This document shows, piece after piece, positions 44,740 to 54,599 of a stretch of DNA of 64,000 nucleotides. The notes under the pieces were generated by a model. That model searched no databases and had not been told where the DNA came from. It worked only from the letters and a program-made list of their open reading frames with translations. The stretch is from an uncultured Nitrososphaerota archaeon. Lineage in GTDB: Archaea; Thermoproteota; Nitrososphaeria; Nitrososphaerales; Gagatemarchaeaceae. Made by a program: the position numbers and the translations under genes. The stretch spans positions 224,001 through 288,000 of the forward strand of contig CAWISW010000002.1 in NCBI GenBank assembly GCA_963838925.1, written 5' to 3'. Each line of letters starts with the position of its first letter. Position 1 is the first letter of the stretch.

Positions 44740-46062
44740 CTACTCGCTCTTTACCTTCGCCCCGAGCCTCTTGATGTCCTCGAGGAAGGTGGGGTATGAG
44801 ACGTCGAGGCTCTCCGCCCCCACGATGGGGGTCCCTCCTGGGATGAGCATCGAGGCCAGGGAGAAGGCCATGAACATCCTGTGGTCGTCGTGCGCGTCCA
44901 AGGGAGCCGCCTCCAGCTTGGCCTTCTGCGGGAGGATCTTCAAGCCGTCTTGCCTCTCCTTCACGTTCACGCCGAGCTTCGAGAGCTCTTTCGCCACTAT
45001 CGCTATCCTGTCAGTCTCCTTGAACCGAGCGTGGGCTGTCCCCACGATCTCGACGGGCGTGTCGCACCTGAGGGCCAGCGCCGCGACCACCGGGAGGAGG
45101 TCGGGGGTGTCGCCGAGGTCGAACCTCCCTCCGCGGAGCCTTTCTCCGTCCGAGGAGACGACGAGCGCGCCCTTCTCCTCTGCCACCTCCGCGCCCATGA
45201 GCTTGACTATCCGCGTTATGCGCGCGTCCCCCTGGGGCAGGCTCGCGTCGAGGTTCTCGATCCTCACCCTCCCCCCTATCATCGCGACGGCCGCCACAAT
45301 GAACGACGCCGAGCTGAAGTCCGCGGGCACGGAGAAGTCCACGGCGCGGTACTCCTGCCCCGATGGGACCTCGAACTCCGAGTATCCCTTCTTCCTCACC
45401 TTCACGCCGAACAGCTCCGCGAGCTTGAGGGTCATGTCGATGTACGGCCTCGAGACCGCGTCCGCGACCTTCAGGTTAGTGTCCATCTCGGCCAACGGGC
45501 TCGAGACGAGCAGCGAGGAGACGAACTGGGAGGAGACGTCCCCCCTGATCGACGCTCGCCCGCCCCTCATCCCGCCCGCCCTCACGACCACGGGCGCGCA
45601 CCCGTTCCCTGTCGTGCTCCATGCCTGCACGCCCAGCTGGCCGAGGGCGTCGAGGAGCGGCTGCATAGGTCTCCGCCTGATGCTGGAGTCGCCTGTGAGC
45701 ACCACGAAGCCGTCCGGGGCGAGAGAGAAGGCCGATGTCATGAACCTCAGCGTCGTCCCAGAGTTTTCGACGTTCACGACGTCGCCTGGGACCTTGGGGC
45801 TCGTCCCCTTGATGGCTAGGACCCGCTCTCGCCTCTCCATGGCGGCCCCCATCGCGGCGCACGCGTCTACCGTGGCGTTGGTGTCGCGGGAGAGCAATGG
45901 GTTGCGGATTGTCGAGCCCCTTCCTCCCTTGTCCACCGCCAGGCTGGCCATGAGCACCGCCCTGTGGGTGTAGCTCTTGCTCGGGGGGACAGAGACGCTG
46001 CCGGTCAGCGGCCCTGCCGACAGGACTCGGGTCGCCCCTTGGACGCTCGCGCTCCTAGCCAA
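44740..46062 (-). CDS. aroA: EPSP synthase
   Basis: PPSKSYTHR, NSGTTLRF, RRPM, SSQF, KETDR, DHRM. Confidence 0.96.
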   Translation of the reverse strand: MARSASVQGATRVLSAGPLTGSVSVPPSKSYTHRAVLMASLAVDKGGRGSTIRNPLLSRDTNATVDACAAMGAAMERRERVLAIKGTSPKVPGDVVNVENSGTTLRFMTSAFSLAPDGFVVLTGDSSIRRRPMQPLLDALGQLGVQAWSTTGNGCAPVVVRAGGMRGGRASIRGDVSSQFVSSLLVSSPLAEMDTNLKVADAVSRPYIDMTLKLAELFGVKVRKKGYSEFEVPSGQEYRAVDFSVPADFSSASFIVAAVAMIGGRVRIENLDASLPQGDARITRIVKLMGAEVAEEKGALVVSSDGERLRGGRFDLGDTPDLLPVVAALALRCDTPVEIVGTAHARFKETDRIAIVAKELSKLGVNVKERQDGLKILPQKAKLEAAPLDAHDDHRMFMAFSLASMLIPGGTPIVGAESLDVSYPTFLEDIKRLGAKVKSE

Positions 46063-46947
46063 CTGCGAGGAGCCTCCCGTGCTCGTTGTTCGTCTCGGTC
46101 TCGATCACAGCGCCGACCTCGGCCGCCCAGTCCTTCGCCAGGGCGTCAAAGTCGGCTTGCTTCGAGGGGTCGAAGACCGCGGCGACCGCAGGCCCGGTCC
46201 CCGAGAGCCCAGCCCCCAAAGCGCCTAGTTCCACGGCACGGAGCGCCGGGTACGGGTCGTATTTGAGGATGGAAGAGTAGGCCATCCCGTTCAAGACCAT
46301 CGCCCTCCAGTAGTCTCCCTTGAGGCTCATCTCGAAGAACAGGCTGGTGAGGCCGCCGAACCTCCTGATGAACTCGGGGTCGACGCTCTCCCTCCTGCTC
46401 CTCACCTTGGGCACCACGACCAGCACCTTGAGCTTCTTGTCGAACAGCCTCGAGCTCACGACCTTCCGTCCGAGGTTGTCCGTCATGTTCAGCCCTCCTA
46501 GTACGCAAGCTGCAGCGTCGTCCAGCGCGCCGGTGATGCTGGCGCCGCTGGCCATCGACGCCTCGACGCTGCAGTCCATGACCTTCTTTGGGTCGAAGGC
46601 CTTCTGACCGAGGGCGGCGAACACGCCCATGGCGATGGCCGTCGACGAAGCCGAGGAGGTCTTGAGCCCGACCCCGATCGGGACGCTCGACGACGTGCTT
46701 ACCGCTCCGCAGTAGGCGCCGGGTCCTTCCCCGCGATCTTCATTGCGCTCCGAACGGTCTCGACCGCGAGCCGAGACTCCGACCTCCTTCCGTTGACCTT
46801 GACCTCCCACGTCCCGGGCGAGTCTTCCACCTCCACCTCCGCCTCCGTCGTGAGCCTGACGCTGGCGGTGGCCCCCTTTCCGCAGGCTATCGCGTTGACT
46901 ATGCTGATCGCCCCGAAGGTCTGGGCCCTCGCCCTGGCGTAGGTCAT
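46055..46947 (-). CDS. aroK: Archaeal (GHMP) shikimate kinase, interrupted by a frameshift near 46716-46722
   Basis: N-part GAISIVNAIACGKG in one frame; C-part VPIGVGLKTSSA, ITGALDDA, GLSGTGP in another. Confidence 0.85.
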
Positions 46948-47813
46948 CTCTTCCCCCGGCCCCCCTTCGGCCTTTTCAAGGCTCCCCCGGAGGAACCCGC
47001 GAGCGCCTTCCTCATCGCCTTCTCCGGGGCTTCCTTCCCGGTCCAAAGCCTGAATGCGGCCATCCCCTGGTGCAGGAGCATCTCCTCGCCATGTATGACC
47101 TTGGACCCGTTCCTCTTCGCCTCTGCCAGGAGCTTGGTCTCCTTCGGTCGGTAGACGGCGTCGAACACGACCTTGGTCCCGGGGAGCACTCGCTTCAGCT
47201 CCTTGGGGAGCGCCTCGCCGCCCGCCCCCATGGGCGATGCGTTGAAGACCAGGTCGTGGTTGAGGTGGCGCAGGTCGTCCATCGAGGCCAGGGTGAGGTT
47301 CATCCGGGGGAACGCCTTCTCCATGTCGCTAACAAACCGGAGCGCCCGCTCCTTGTCCCTGACCGCCACCGCGACGTCGATGCAGCCCATCCTGTTCATT
47401 GCCTCGCAGAATGCGCGGGCTGCCCCGCCGGCTCCCACCAGCATCGAGTTCCTGATGTCGAGGGACGCCGCGACCGCCTTCAACGGCCCCTCGATCCCGT
47501 CCGGGTCGGTGTTGTGGCCGAGGTAGCGCCCGTCCGCCTCCATCGTCACGGTGTTGACCGCCTGTATCCTGGTCGCGACCGCGTCCAGGCCGCCCAGCCA
47601 GGGGATCACGGCCGCCTTGAAGGGGATCGTGACGTTCATCCCCTTGATCCTTGACGCCATCAGGCGCCCCAGCTCGCGGACGAACGAGCTCTCCGAAACG
47701 CTCACGCTGGTGTACTCGGCGTCGATGCGAAGGAACCGGAAGGCGGCGTTCATCATGGCCGGCGACGGAGAGCGTGAGACGTCCCTCCCGATCACGCAGT
47801 ACCTGTCCGTCAT
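46944..47813 (-). CDS. aroE: Shikimate dehydrogenase
   Basis: SPSPAMMN, NVTIPFK, AVNT, NTD, GAGGAARA. Confidence 0.95.
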   Translation of the reverse strand: MTDRYCVIGRDVSRSPSPAMMNAAFRFLRIDAEYTSVSVSESSFVRELGRLMASRIKGMNVTIPFKAAVIPWLGGLDAVATRIQAVNTVTMEADGRYLGHNTDPDGIEGPLKAVAASLDIRNSMLVGAGGAARAFCEAMNRMGCIDVAVAVRDKERALRFVSDMEKAFPRMNLTLASMDDLRHLNHDLVFNASPMGAGGEALPKELKRVLPGTKVVFDAVYRPKETKLLAEAKRNGSKVIHGEEMLLHQGMAAFRLWTGKEAPEKAMRKALAGSSGGALKRPKGGRGKR

Positions 47814-47817
47814 CTTT

Positions 47818-48507
47818 TCAGGCTACCATTCTCCGGAGCTGCTTCATCGTGGAGACGGAGAGCTGCCCGGGCGCGACTGCCTCGTTCGGCATGGACGCGT
47901 AGACCAGGGGCGTGCCCGTCCGCATCGCGACGACGCGCGAGACCGTCCCCAGCTCCCCCATGCAGAAGGAGATCACCCTCCCGGGTCTCTCCTCGCTGAG
48001 GGCTAGGGTCGTGAGGTTGTCCTCGGCGCTCCTGGCGGTGGTGACGACCTTGGCCAGCGAGCCAAAGCCGAGCTCCTCGCGGCAGATAGACCGCAGCTCC
48101 TTCAGCGCGGGAGTGTCCTTGAAGTCGTGCCAGGAGACTATCCTCTTCACCGCCTTCGGCAGCAACTTCACCCAGTCCTTGTTCTCCCTCGCTGTGTCGA
48201 GCTCTATGTCGAGAAACGCCGGCTTCATGCCAGCCAGTCTAGAGATGAGGTCGAGGCGGTGGGACTCGCTTCCCATGAAGCCGCCTCCCTCCCTGCTCGA
48301 CCTGACGGTGATGATGGCCCGCCTCGAGAAGACCGAGAGTTCTGACTCGAGCACGCTCATGGCCTCGCCCCCCGTCAGCCTGTCTATGCGGAACTCGACG
48401 AGGTCGGAGCCGAGCGAGAACGCGGCCTTCGCCTTCTTCGCCATCTCCCCGGGGGAGTCCGCCACGACCGACGTGCAGAGCTTGGGCGCGCCCTTCCTCT
48501 TCGCCAA
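47818..48507 (-). CDS. aroD: Type I 3-dehydroquinate dehydratase
   Basis: VEFRID, EGGGF, SWHDF, MGELG..SR, APGQ. Confidence 0.93.
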   Translation of the reverse strand: MAKRKGAPKLCTSVVADSPGEMAKKAKAAFSLGSDLVEFRIDRLTGGEAMSVLESELSVFSRRAIITVRSSREGGGFMGSESHRLDLISRLAGMKPAFLDIELDTARENKDWVKLLPKAVKRIVSWHDFKDTPALKELRSICREELGFGSLAKVVTTARSAEDNLTTLALSEERPGRVISFCMGELGTVSRVVAMRTGTPLVYASMPNEAVAPGQLSVSTMKQLRRMVA

Positions 48508-48544
48508 CGGCGCTCACCGCGCCGCCCGCGCTTGCCCTGCCTGG

Positions 48545-49576
48545 CTAGCGCTCGACAATGAACTCGTCGACCTCACCGCCGAAGTGCCTTCCCTTGGCCT
48601 GTCCGGCCACATGGACGAGTATCTCGTCTCCCTCCTTAGCCTCGGTTATCGCGAGCGGGGCCCCGTCTGGGCGGACCAGCCTGATGGTCTCCGCGTTCTG
48701 GAGCATCGCCGTCCCCTCCTGGCCGCCCACCTCCGCCTCTATCATCACCAAGGGCCTTCTCTCCATCTTGATGCGCCCCACGATGGCGTCCCGCCTGGCG
48801 CCCGACTTGTCGACCAGCTGGACCTTGTCGCCGCTCCTGAGCTCCGAGAGGTATCGCGTCTTGCCGTCGACCCCTAGGATGTAGCTGTGGAGCGCCCCCG
48901 CGTTGACCCGAAATGGGCGGGTCGGGATGTACTCCGTCGGCACGGTCTCGCTGTGCACGAGGAAGAAGAAGCTCGCCATGCTCCCTATCAGCATGCCCTC
49001 CCCGAGCCCCAGCTGGGACGCTGTGTCTATGCAGACCCTCTCCCCGTCGCCGACGTCCACTATCCGCTTGATCCTTGCCTTCTCGAGCGGCAGGCCGCGC
49101 CCCTTGCTTAGGGCGGCCGATGTCATCTTGGAGATCAGCTCCTTGGAGGCCTTCAGCGAGGAGTACGGGACCACTACGCCGTCCACCCCCTTCTCCAGTA
49201 TCGAGAACGCGAGCTTGATGTCGCTCTCCGACTTCATGAACGCGTAGATCCTGCGGCGCTTCCGCCTGAACTCGCCTATCAGGTTCTCGAGCGGGATGAT
49301 CTTCCAGTTGGTGCAGTCGACCACCACGAACTTGTAATCCTTCTGCAGGGATGAGTCGACGGCGCGGTCGAGGTCCTTCGACCCCTTGACCTCCACCCAA
49401 ACAAAGTCCCCGTCCTTCTCCCTGTACTCGTGGAGCCCCCCCGCCCCTTCGAGCGGCTTCGACTGACCGCGTGTCAGGACGGCCCCTATCCCCGCAGCCT
49501 TCGCCTCCTTCAGCGCCCTTGCGATGTCTTGGATGTCGGTGACGTCGAGGACTATCTCCTTCTCAGGCGTTGGCAG
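48545..49576 (-). CDS. 3-dehydroquinate synthase II (archaeal AroB')
   Basis: WKIIPLENLI, GERVCIDT, RPFRVNAG, LQNAETIRL, GRHFG; frame extends upstream to CTG 49576. Confidence 0.92.
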   Translation of the reverse strand: MPTPEKEIVLDVTDIQDIARALKEAKAAGIGAVLTRGQSKPLEGAGGLHEYREKDGDFVWVEVKGSKDLDRAVDSSLQKDYKFVVVDCTNWKIIPLENLIGEFRRKRRRIYAFMKSESDIKLAFSILEKGVDGVVVPYSSLKASKELISKMTSAALSKGRGLPLEKARIKRIVDVGDGERVCIDTASQLGLGEGMLIGSMASFFFLVHSETVPTEYIPTRPFRVNAGALHSYILGVDGKTRYLSELRSGDKVQLVDKSGARRDAIVGRIKMERRPLVMIEAEVGGQEGTAMLQNAETIRLVRPDGAPLAITEAKEGDEILVHVAGQAKGRHFGGEVDEFIVER

Positions 49577-50357
49577 CGCTCATGACCTCCATCGCCTCCT
49601 CGACGCTGCTCCTTTCTATCACTATCCTTCTCAACGCCCTCACGATCAGGGTCGGGTCGCGGTGCTGGAAGACGTTCCTTCCGAAGGTCACTCCCATCGC
49701 CCCGGCCTCCATGACGTCGTCAGCGAGCTTGAGTATCTCTGCGTCCGATTCCACCTTCGCCCCGCCGGCGAGCACCACCGGGACGGGGCACTTTCTGACC
49801 ACTTCCCTGAAGCTCTCCTTGTCTCCCGTGTAGACGGTCTTGACGATGTCGGCCCCGCTCTCCGCCCCCACCCTCGCCACGTGCGCCACGACCTCGGGGT
49901 CGGAGGGGTCCTTGACGTTCTCGCCGCGCGGGTACATCATCGCGATGAAAGGGATCTGGTAGTTGTCGCAGTGGTCTGCCACCATCCCCAGCTGCTCGAG
50001 CATCTCGGGCTCCTCCTTCGAGCCCATGTTGACGTGGATGGAGATCGCGTCGGCCCCCAGCCTCACTCCCTCCAGGACCGAGGCGCACAGCATCTTCCGG
50101 TTGGGGGCCAGGCTCAGGTGCGTGCTCGCGGAGGCGTGCATTATCATCCCGGTCGAGACCGGCTTCTTCAGGGCCTTGATTATCCCCTTGTGGACCAAGA
50201 ATGCGGTCGCCCCGCCCTTCGCCACCTTCACTATCATCTCCTCGGGGTTCTCGAGACCTTCGATGGGCCCTATCGTGAAGGAGTGGTCCATGGGGATGCA
50301 GAGCATCCTCCCGTTCTTCGTTATCCTGTTCAACCTGACTTGCTTTCCAAAGACCAA
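49563..50357 (-). CDS. 2-amino-3,7-dideoxy-D-threo-hept-6-ulosonate synthase (AroA', class I aldolase)
   Basis: PMDH, MMYPRG, GADIVKT, AGG, GRNVFQH; operon context. Confidence 0.9.
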   Translation of the reverse strand: MVFGKQVRLNRITKNGRMLCIPMDHSFTIGPIEGLENPEEMIVKVAKGGATAFLVHKGIIKALKKPVSTGMIMHASASTHLSLAPNRKMLCASVLEGVRLGADAISIHVNMGSKEEPEMLEQLGMVADHCDNYQIPFIAMMYPRGENVKDPSDPEVVAHVARVGAESGADIVKTVYTGDKESFREVVRKCPVPVVLAGGAKVESDAEILKLADDVMEAGAMGVTFGRNVFQHRDPTLIVRALRRIVIERSSVEEAMEVMSAANA

Positions 50358-50367
50358 CTTGTTCCAC

Positions 50368-51441
50368 CTAGTTCCCCAGGTATCCTTCCCGCTCCATGAG
50401 CTCCGCTGTGAGTATCGCCGTGCCCGCCGCCCCCCTGATCGTGTTGTGAGAGAGCAAGGTGAGCTGGAGGGACTTGCGGTCGATCCCGCTCCTGACCCTC
50501 CCGACCACCACGCTCATCCCGGGGACGCTCCCAGCCATCCTGTCGAGCCGGGGCTGCGGCCTGTCGTTCTCCTTCCTGACGATGATCGGCCGGTCGGGGG
50601 CCGTGGGGAGCTTGAGCCTCTGGGGCTCTCCCCTGAACCTGCTGAGGGACCTTACGGCTGCCGCCGGGGTGATCTCGTGGGCGAACTCGGCGTAGAGCGT
50701 CTCCAGGTGCCCGTCGATTACCGCGACCCTGTTGCACGAGATCCCCATGCTGAGGGGGCTGGGCTTTATCGCGCCGTTCTTGTACGTCCCAAGGATCTTC
50801 TTCGCCTCCGCCGCGACCTTCTCCTCCTCGTTCTTGATGTAGGGGATCACGTTCTCCTGGATCGAGAGCGAGGGCACGCCTGGGAACCCGGCTCCAGATA
50901 GGGCCTGCATGGTCGTCACTATGGCCTTCCTTGCCCCGAACTCGTCGACGAGCGGCTTCAGGACCATCGACAGACCCGTACCCGTGCAGTTGGGGGTCGT
51001 GGCGATAGCACCCTTCCACCCTCGCTTCTTCTTCTGGGACTCTAGGAGTTGGAGATGGTCCGCGTTGATCTCCGGGATCATGAGCGGGACGTCGGCGTCC
51101 ATGCGGTGGGCGCTCGCTTCGCTGACAACCGTGAACCCTGCCTCTGCGAACTTGGCCTCGACCTCCGCCGCGACCTCAGAGGGGAGGGCAGAGAAGACGA
51201 TGTCGCACCCCTTCGCGGACTCTGGCTTAGCCTGGCGCACCACCTTCTCGGCCATCGCCGGGTCGATAGCGTCCGGGAAGAGCCACCTGACCGCCTGGCC
51301 GTACTTCTTGCCGGCGGACTCACCGCCCATCAGCACCTCGAGGTGGAGGTACGGGTGCTTGGGGAGCATGTTGATGTACCGCTGCCCTACCGCTCCCGTC
51401 GCGCCGAGGAGCGCGGCCTTCACCTCTCTTCGTCTGGTCAT
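50368..51441 (-). CDS. asd: Aspartate-semialdehyde dehydrogenase
   Basis: GATGAVGQ, TPNC, QALSGAG, HNTIRGAAG. Confidence 0.95.
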   Translation of the reverse strand: MTRRREVKAALLGATGAVGQRYINMLPKHPYLHLEVLMGGESAGKKYGQAVRWLFPDAIDPAMAEKVVRQAKPESAKGCDIVFSALPSEVAAEVEAKFAEAGFTVVSEASAHRMDADVPLMIPEINADHLQLLESQKKKRGWKGAIATTPNCTGTGLSMVLKPLVDEFGARKAIVTTMQALSGAGFPGVPSLSIQENVIPYIKNEEEKVAAEAKKILGTYKNGAIKPSPLSMGISCNRVAVIDGHLETLYAEFAHEITPAAAVRSLSRFRGEPQRLKLPTAPDRPIIVRKENDRPQPRLDRMAGSVPGMSVVVGRVRSGIDRKSLQLTLLSHNTIRGAAGTAILTAELMEREGYLGN

Positions 51442-52685
51442 CTCGATCTCGACTCTCCCTTGGCAGCCGGCGCCCCCATCATCGCCTCCCTCACGAGGCC
51501 GCACGCTCGCTCCGCCTGCTCGGCCGAGACGAATACCCTCACGGAGGAAAGGATGGTGACTATCCCGTACACGTTTATCGAAGCGTGCGCCAGCGGCCGG
51601 GTTATCCTCTGGACGACGCCCTTCTCCGTCTCGAGCGCCGCCCCCTTCACGGTGATCATCGACAGGCGGGGGAACTCGGAGACCGCCTTCCCTATCTTGT
51701 CCTCCACCAGCACCTTGTGGACCGCCTCGAGGACGTTCTCGCCTCCTCCCACGTAGAATATCGCCGCGTTGGCCTCGAGCGAAAGGGCGAGCATCTCCCC
51801 GCGCGCCTGCCTGACCGCGCTGACCGCGCGGATAATGGACTCTGCCTTCTCAGGGTTCAGGCCCACGAACGTTATCATCGAGACGCCCTGGCCTAGGAGC
51901 TCCACTTGGACCGGGGATAGCTCTCCCTTGATGACCGTGCCCGAATCGAGCCTGTCGAGGTTCGTCACCCTGATCCTGAGGCCTGATGACTGGTACCTTA
52001 GCGCCTTCACGTGGAGGAACTTGGCGCCGCCTGCGGCGAGCATCTCAGCCTCCTCACCGTTCAGGCTCTCGATGAACTGCGGGTTGGTGACCTTGTCGGG
52101 GTCGCTGGAGTACACCCCCTCGACGTCCTTGACCAGTATGACCTCGTTAGCGCCCAGGCAGTTGCCGAGCAGCACCGCCGTCGTGTCGCTACCGCCTCTT
52201 CCCAGGGTCGTGGTCTTCCCGCGAATCGTCTTCCCCAGGAACCCGCATACGACCGGGACCTTGCCCGCGGCAAGCAGGGGGAGTATGAGCTGCTGGGTCT
52301 TTGCCCGGCTCTCCTCAACCAGAGGGTTCGCGTCGAGGTGCCTGTCGTCCGTGATGACGGGCCAGTACGGCGTGTCGGGGTCGACTATCACGGACTGCAG
52401 GCCGTGTGACGCGAGCGCCGCGGCTACCAGTCGAGCGCTCGTCTTCTCTCCGGAGGAGAGGAGCTCGTCGAGGAGGTGGGGCTCGATCTCCGGGTTCTCC
52501 TTCTTGGAGAGCGCCATGATCTGGTCGGTTACCCCCTTCATAGCGGAGACTACGACAACGACGCCAAGCCCCTTCCCCTTCGTCTCCTTGATCAGGGACG
52601 CCACTTGGTCGACGGCCTTCTCGTCCTCTAGGACGGACCCGCCGAACTTCACGACGACTGTCTCTAACATCTTAGTTGTGCTCAT
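51438..52685 (-). CDS. lysC: Aspartate kinase
   Basis: VVKFGGS, VVSAM, TTLGRGGSD, DVEGVYSSDP, ACT domains. Confidence 0.92.
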   Translation of the reverse strand: MSTTKMLETVVVKFGGSVLEDEKAVDQVASLIKETKGKGLGVVVVVSAMKGVTDQIMALSKKENPEIEPHLLDELLSSGEKTSARLVAAALASHGLQSVIVDPDTPYWPVITDDRHLDANPLVEESRAKTQQLILPLLAAGKVPVVCGFLGKTIRGKTTTLGRGGSDTTAVLLGNCLGANEVILVKDVEGVYSSDPDKVTNPQFIESLNGEEAEMLAAGGAKFLHVKALRYQSSGLRIRVTNLDRLDSGTVIKGELSPVQVELLGQGVSMITFVGLNPEKAESIIRAVSAVRQARGEMLALSLEANAAIFYVGGGENVLEAVHKVLVEDKIGKAVSEFPRLSMITVKGAALETEKGVVQRITRPLAHASINVYGIVTILSSVRVFVSAEQAERACGLVREAMMGAPAAKGESRSR

Positions 52686-52693
52686 GGTGCAAG

Positions 52694-52808
52694 ACGCTCC
52701 AGCTGATTTTCGCGGAAAGGACTAGAGCGCGAACTAGTAGCGAAAACCGAAGATGGGCTTCTGATAGCTGAGATGCGGATAAACTGAACCGCCTCGTTGA
52801 AGCCTCAT
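52694..52808 (-). promoter_or_regulatory. Putative leader peptide (52808-52734, MRLQRGGSVYPHLSYQKPIFGFRY) and attenuator-like RNA
   Basis: uORF downstream of TATA ~52839-52846; 5 Phe/Tyr in the last 15 codons; two alternative 9-bp pairings. Confidence 0.5.
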
Positions 52809-53036
52809 CTTTTCTCGGACAAAACCGCCCCCGAATCGATATTTATGCGTTGCTGAAGAAAACCTGCGATGGCACGAAAGCACCTATCGGAAACGTAGGC
52901 GAGCCCGGTCCCGCAACGAATCCGTCGCGTAAGTCATTGCAACCGATACAAATTCGATAATTCTGTTGCCAATATATTAAATAGTGGAGTGGCGAGGAGC
53001 AAAAAAAGCCTCGCGGTCAAGGTGGTGTTTGGTAGA

Positions 53037-54599
53037 ATGGTCGTAGCCGTTGTGTTCTCCCCAGTGGCCGACGTAATCCTCGGAGTCTCCGTCCTGCTCA
53101 GCTTCTCCTTCTTCATCTACGGGATCAACACGCTGCACCTGACGAGGAGGGCGCGGCGCTACATCCAGCCCTCGCAGAACGGGATGACCTCGAGGCCTGC
53201 CGTCGCGGTCCACCTCCCGGTCTACAACGAGTTCTACGTCGCGGACAGGCTCCTCAGCGCCTGCGCGAAGATGGCCGACCACTACGGGCGGGGCTTGGTG
53301 AGGGTCTGCGTCATCGACGACTCGGACGACGAGACCCGCGAGAAGCTCGACGCGCTGTCGAAGAGCTACATGGAGCAGGGCTACAACGTCGAGATACTCC
53401 GCCGTGGGACGAGGGCGGGTTTCAAGGCGGGCGCCCTCCAGGCGGCGCTCGAGAAGACGACCGAGCCCTTCGTGGCGGTCTTCGACGCTGACTTCGCCCC
53501 GAGCGAGGACTTCCTCGATCGGACGGTGCCATTCATGCTCCAGGACGACAAGGTCGGGTTCGTCCAGTGCAGGTGGGCGCACTTCGACAGGGGATACAAC
53601 ATGATCACCGAGACCCTCGCCATAGGCATCGACGCGCACTTCCTCCTCGAGCAGCCGGGCCGCTGGAGCAGCGGGTACATGATGAACTTCAACGGCAGCG
53701 CCGGGCTGCTCAGGACCTCGGCCATACTGGGCGCCGGAGGCTGGAACTCGGACACCCTCGCCGAGGACCTCGACCTGAGCTACCGCATGCAGCTCTCAGG
53801 ATACAAGCCGGTCTACCTCAAGGACGTGAAGGTCCCGGCGGAGCTACCGCCTACTATAACGAGCCTCAAGCGGCAGCAGGGCCGCTGGGCGAGGGGCTCC
53901 ATACAGACCGCCCGCAAGGTCTGGCCGAGCGTCTACGCCTCAAAGAAGCTCTCCGTCCGGCAAAAGTTCGAGGCGTTCGTGCACCTCACCTACTACATGG
54001 TGCACCCCCTGATGGTCGCCTCGTTCGTGCTCGCCCTCCTGGCGACATTCCTGAACGTGAACGTCATCAACTATGCAGTCCACGTCACCGTCCCCACCCC
54101 CGGGGCCTTGATCGGCTCTCCCGCGCAGATGACCGTGGCCATAGTGCCGTGGGCGATATTCGCTCTGATGATCGTGCTATCGACCCTCGCCGTGCTCTAC
54201 TACTGCATCGAGGCCGTGAGGGTGCAGCACCTCGGTCTCCTCAGCAACGTCAAGCAGATCCTTCTGCTCGTCATCCTCGGATACGGGATCAGCGTCAGCA
54301 ACTCCGTGAGCGCGCTCTCGGGCCTCCTTTCGAGCAAGACCGGGACGTTCCTCAGGACGCCGAAGTACGCGATCACCAGCAAGACCGGCACGTGGAAGGA
54401 GAAGAAGTACCAGCTCACCCTGAACAGAGAGACCGCCTTCGAGATGCTGGCGACGGTCGTCGGCATCATAGCGATAATCTATGCCGCGGCCCTCGGCAAC
54501 CTGGGCATACTCCCGATACTCGCGGTGTACGTCACCGGGTACCTCCTGGTGCTCTTCCTTACGCTCTCCCAGTCGGTCTCAAAGCAGCTGCTGAACTAA
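53037..54599 (+). CDS. Processive GT2 glycosyltransferase (cellulose-synthase-like)
   Basis: LPVYNE, DDSDD, GFKAGAL, FDADF, AEDLD, QQGRW; C-terminal TMs. Confidence 0.88.
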   Translation: MVVAVVFSPVADVILGVSVLLSFSFFIYGINTLHLTRRARRYIQPSQNGMTSRPAVAVHLPVYNEFYVADRLLSACAKMADHYGRGLVRVCVIDDSDDETREKLDALSKSYMEQGYNVEILRRGTRAGFKAGALQAALEKTTEPFVAVFDADFAPSEDFLDRTVPFMLQDDKVGFVQCRWAHFDRGYNMITETLAIGIDAHFLLEQPGRWSSGYMMNFNGSAGLLRTSAILGAGGWNSDTLAEDLDLSYRMQLSGYKPVYLKDVKVPAELPPTITSLKRQQGRWARGSIQTARKVWPSVYASKKLSVRQKFEAFVHLTYYMVHPLMVASFVLALLATFLNVNVINYAVHVTVPTPGALIGSPAQMTVAIVPWAIFALMIVLSTLAVLYYCIEAVRVQHLGLLSNVKQILLLVILGYGISVSNSVSALSGLLSSKTGTFLRTPKYAITSKTGTWKEKKYQLTLNRETAFEMLATVVGIIAIIYAAALGNLGILPILAVYVTGYLLVLFLTLSQSVSKQLLN

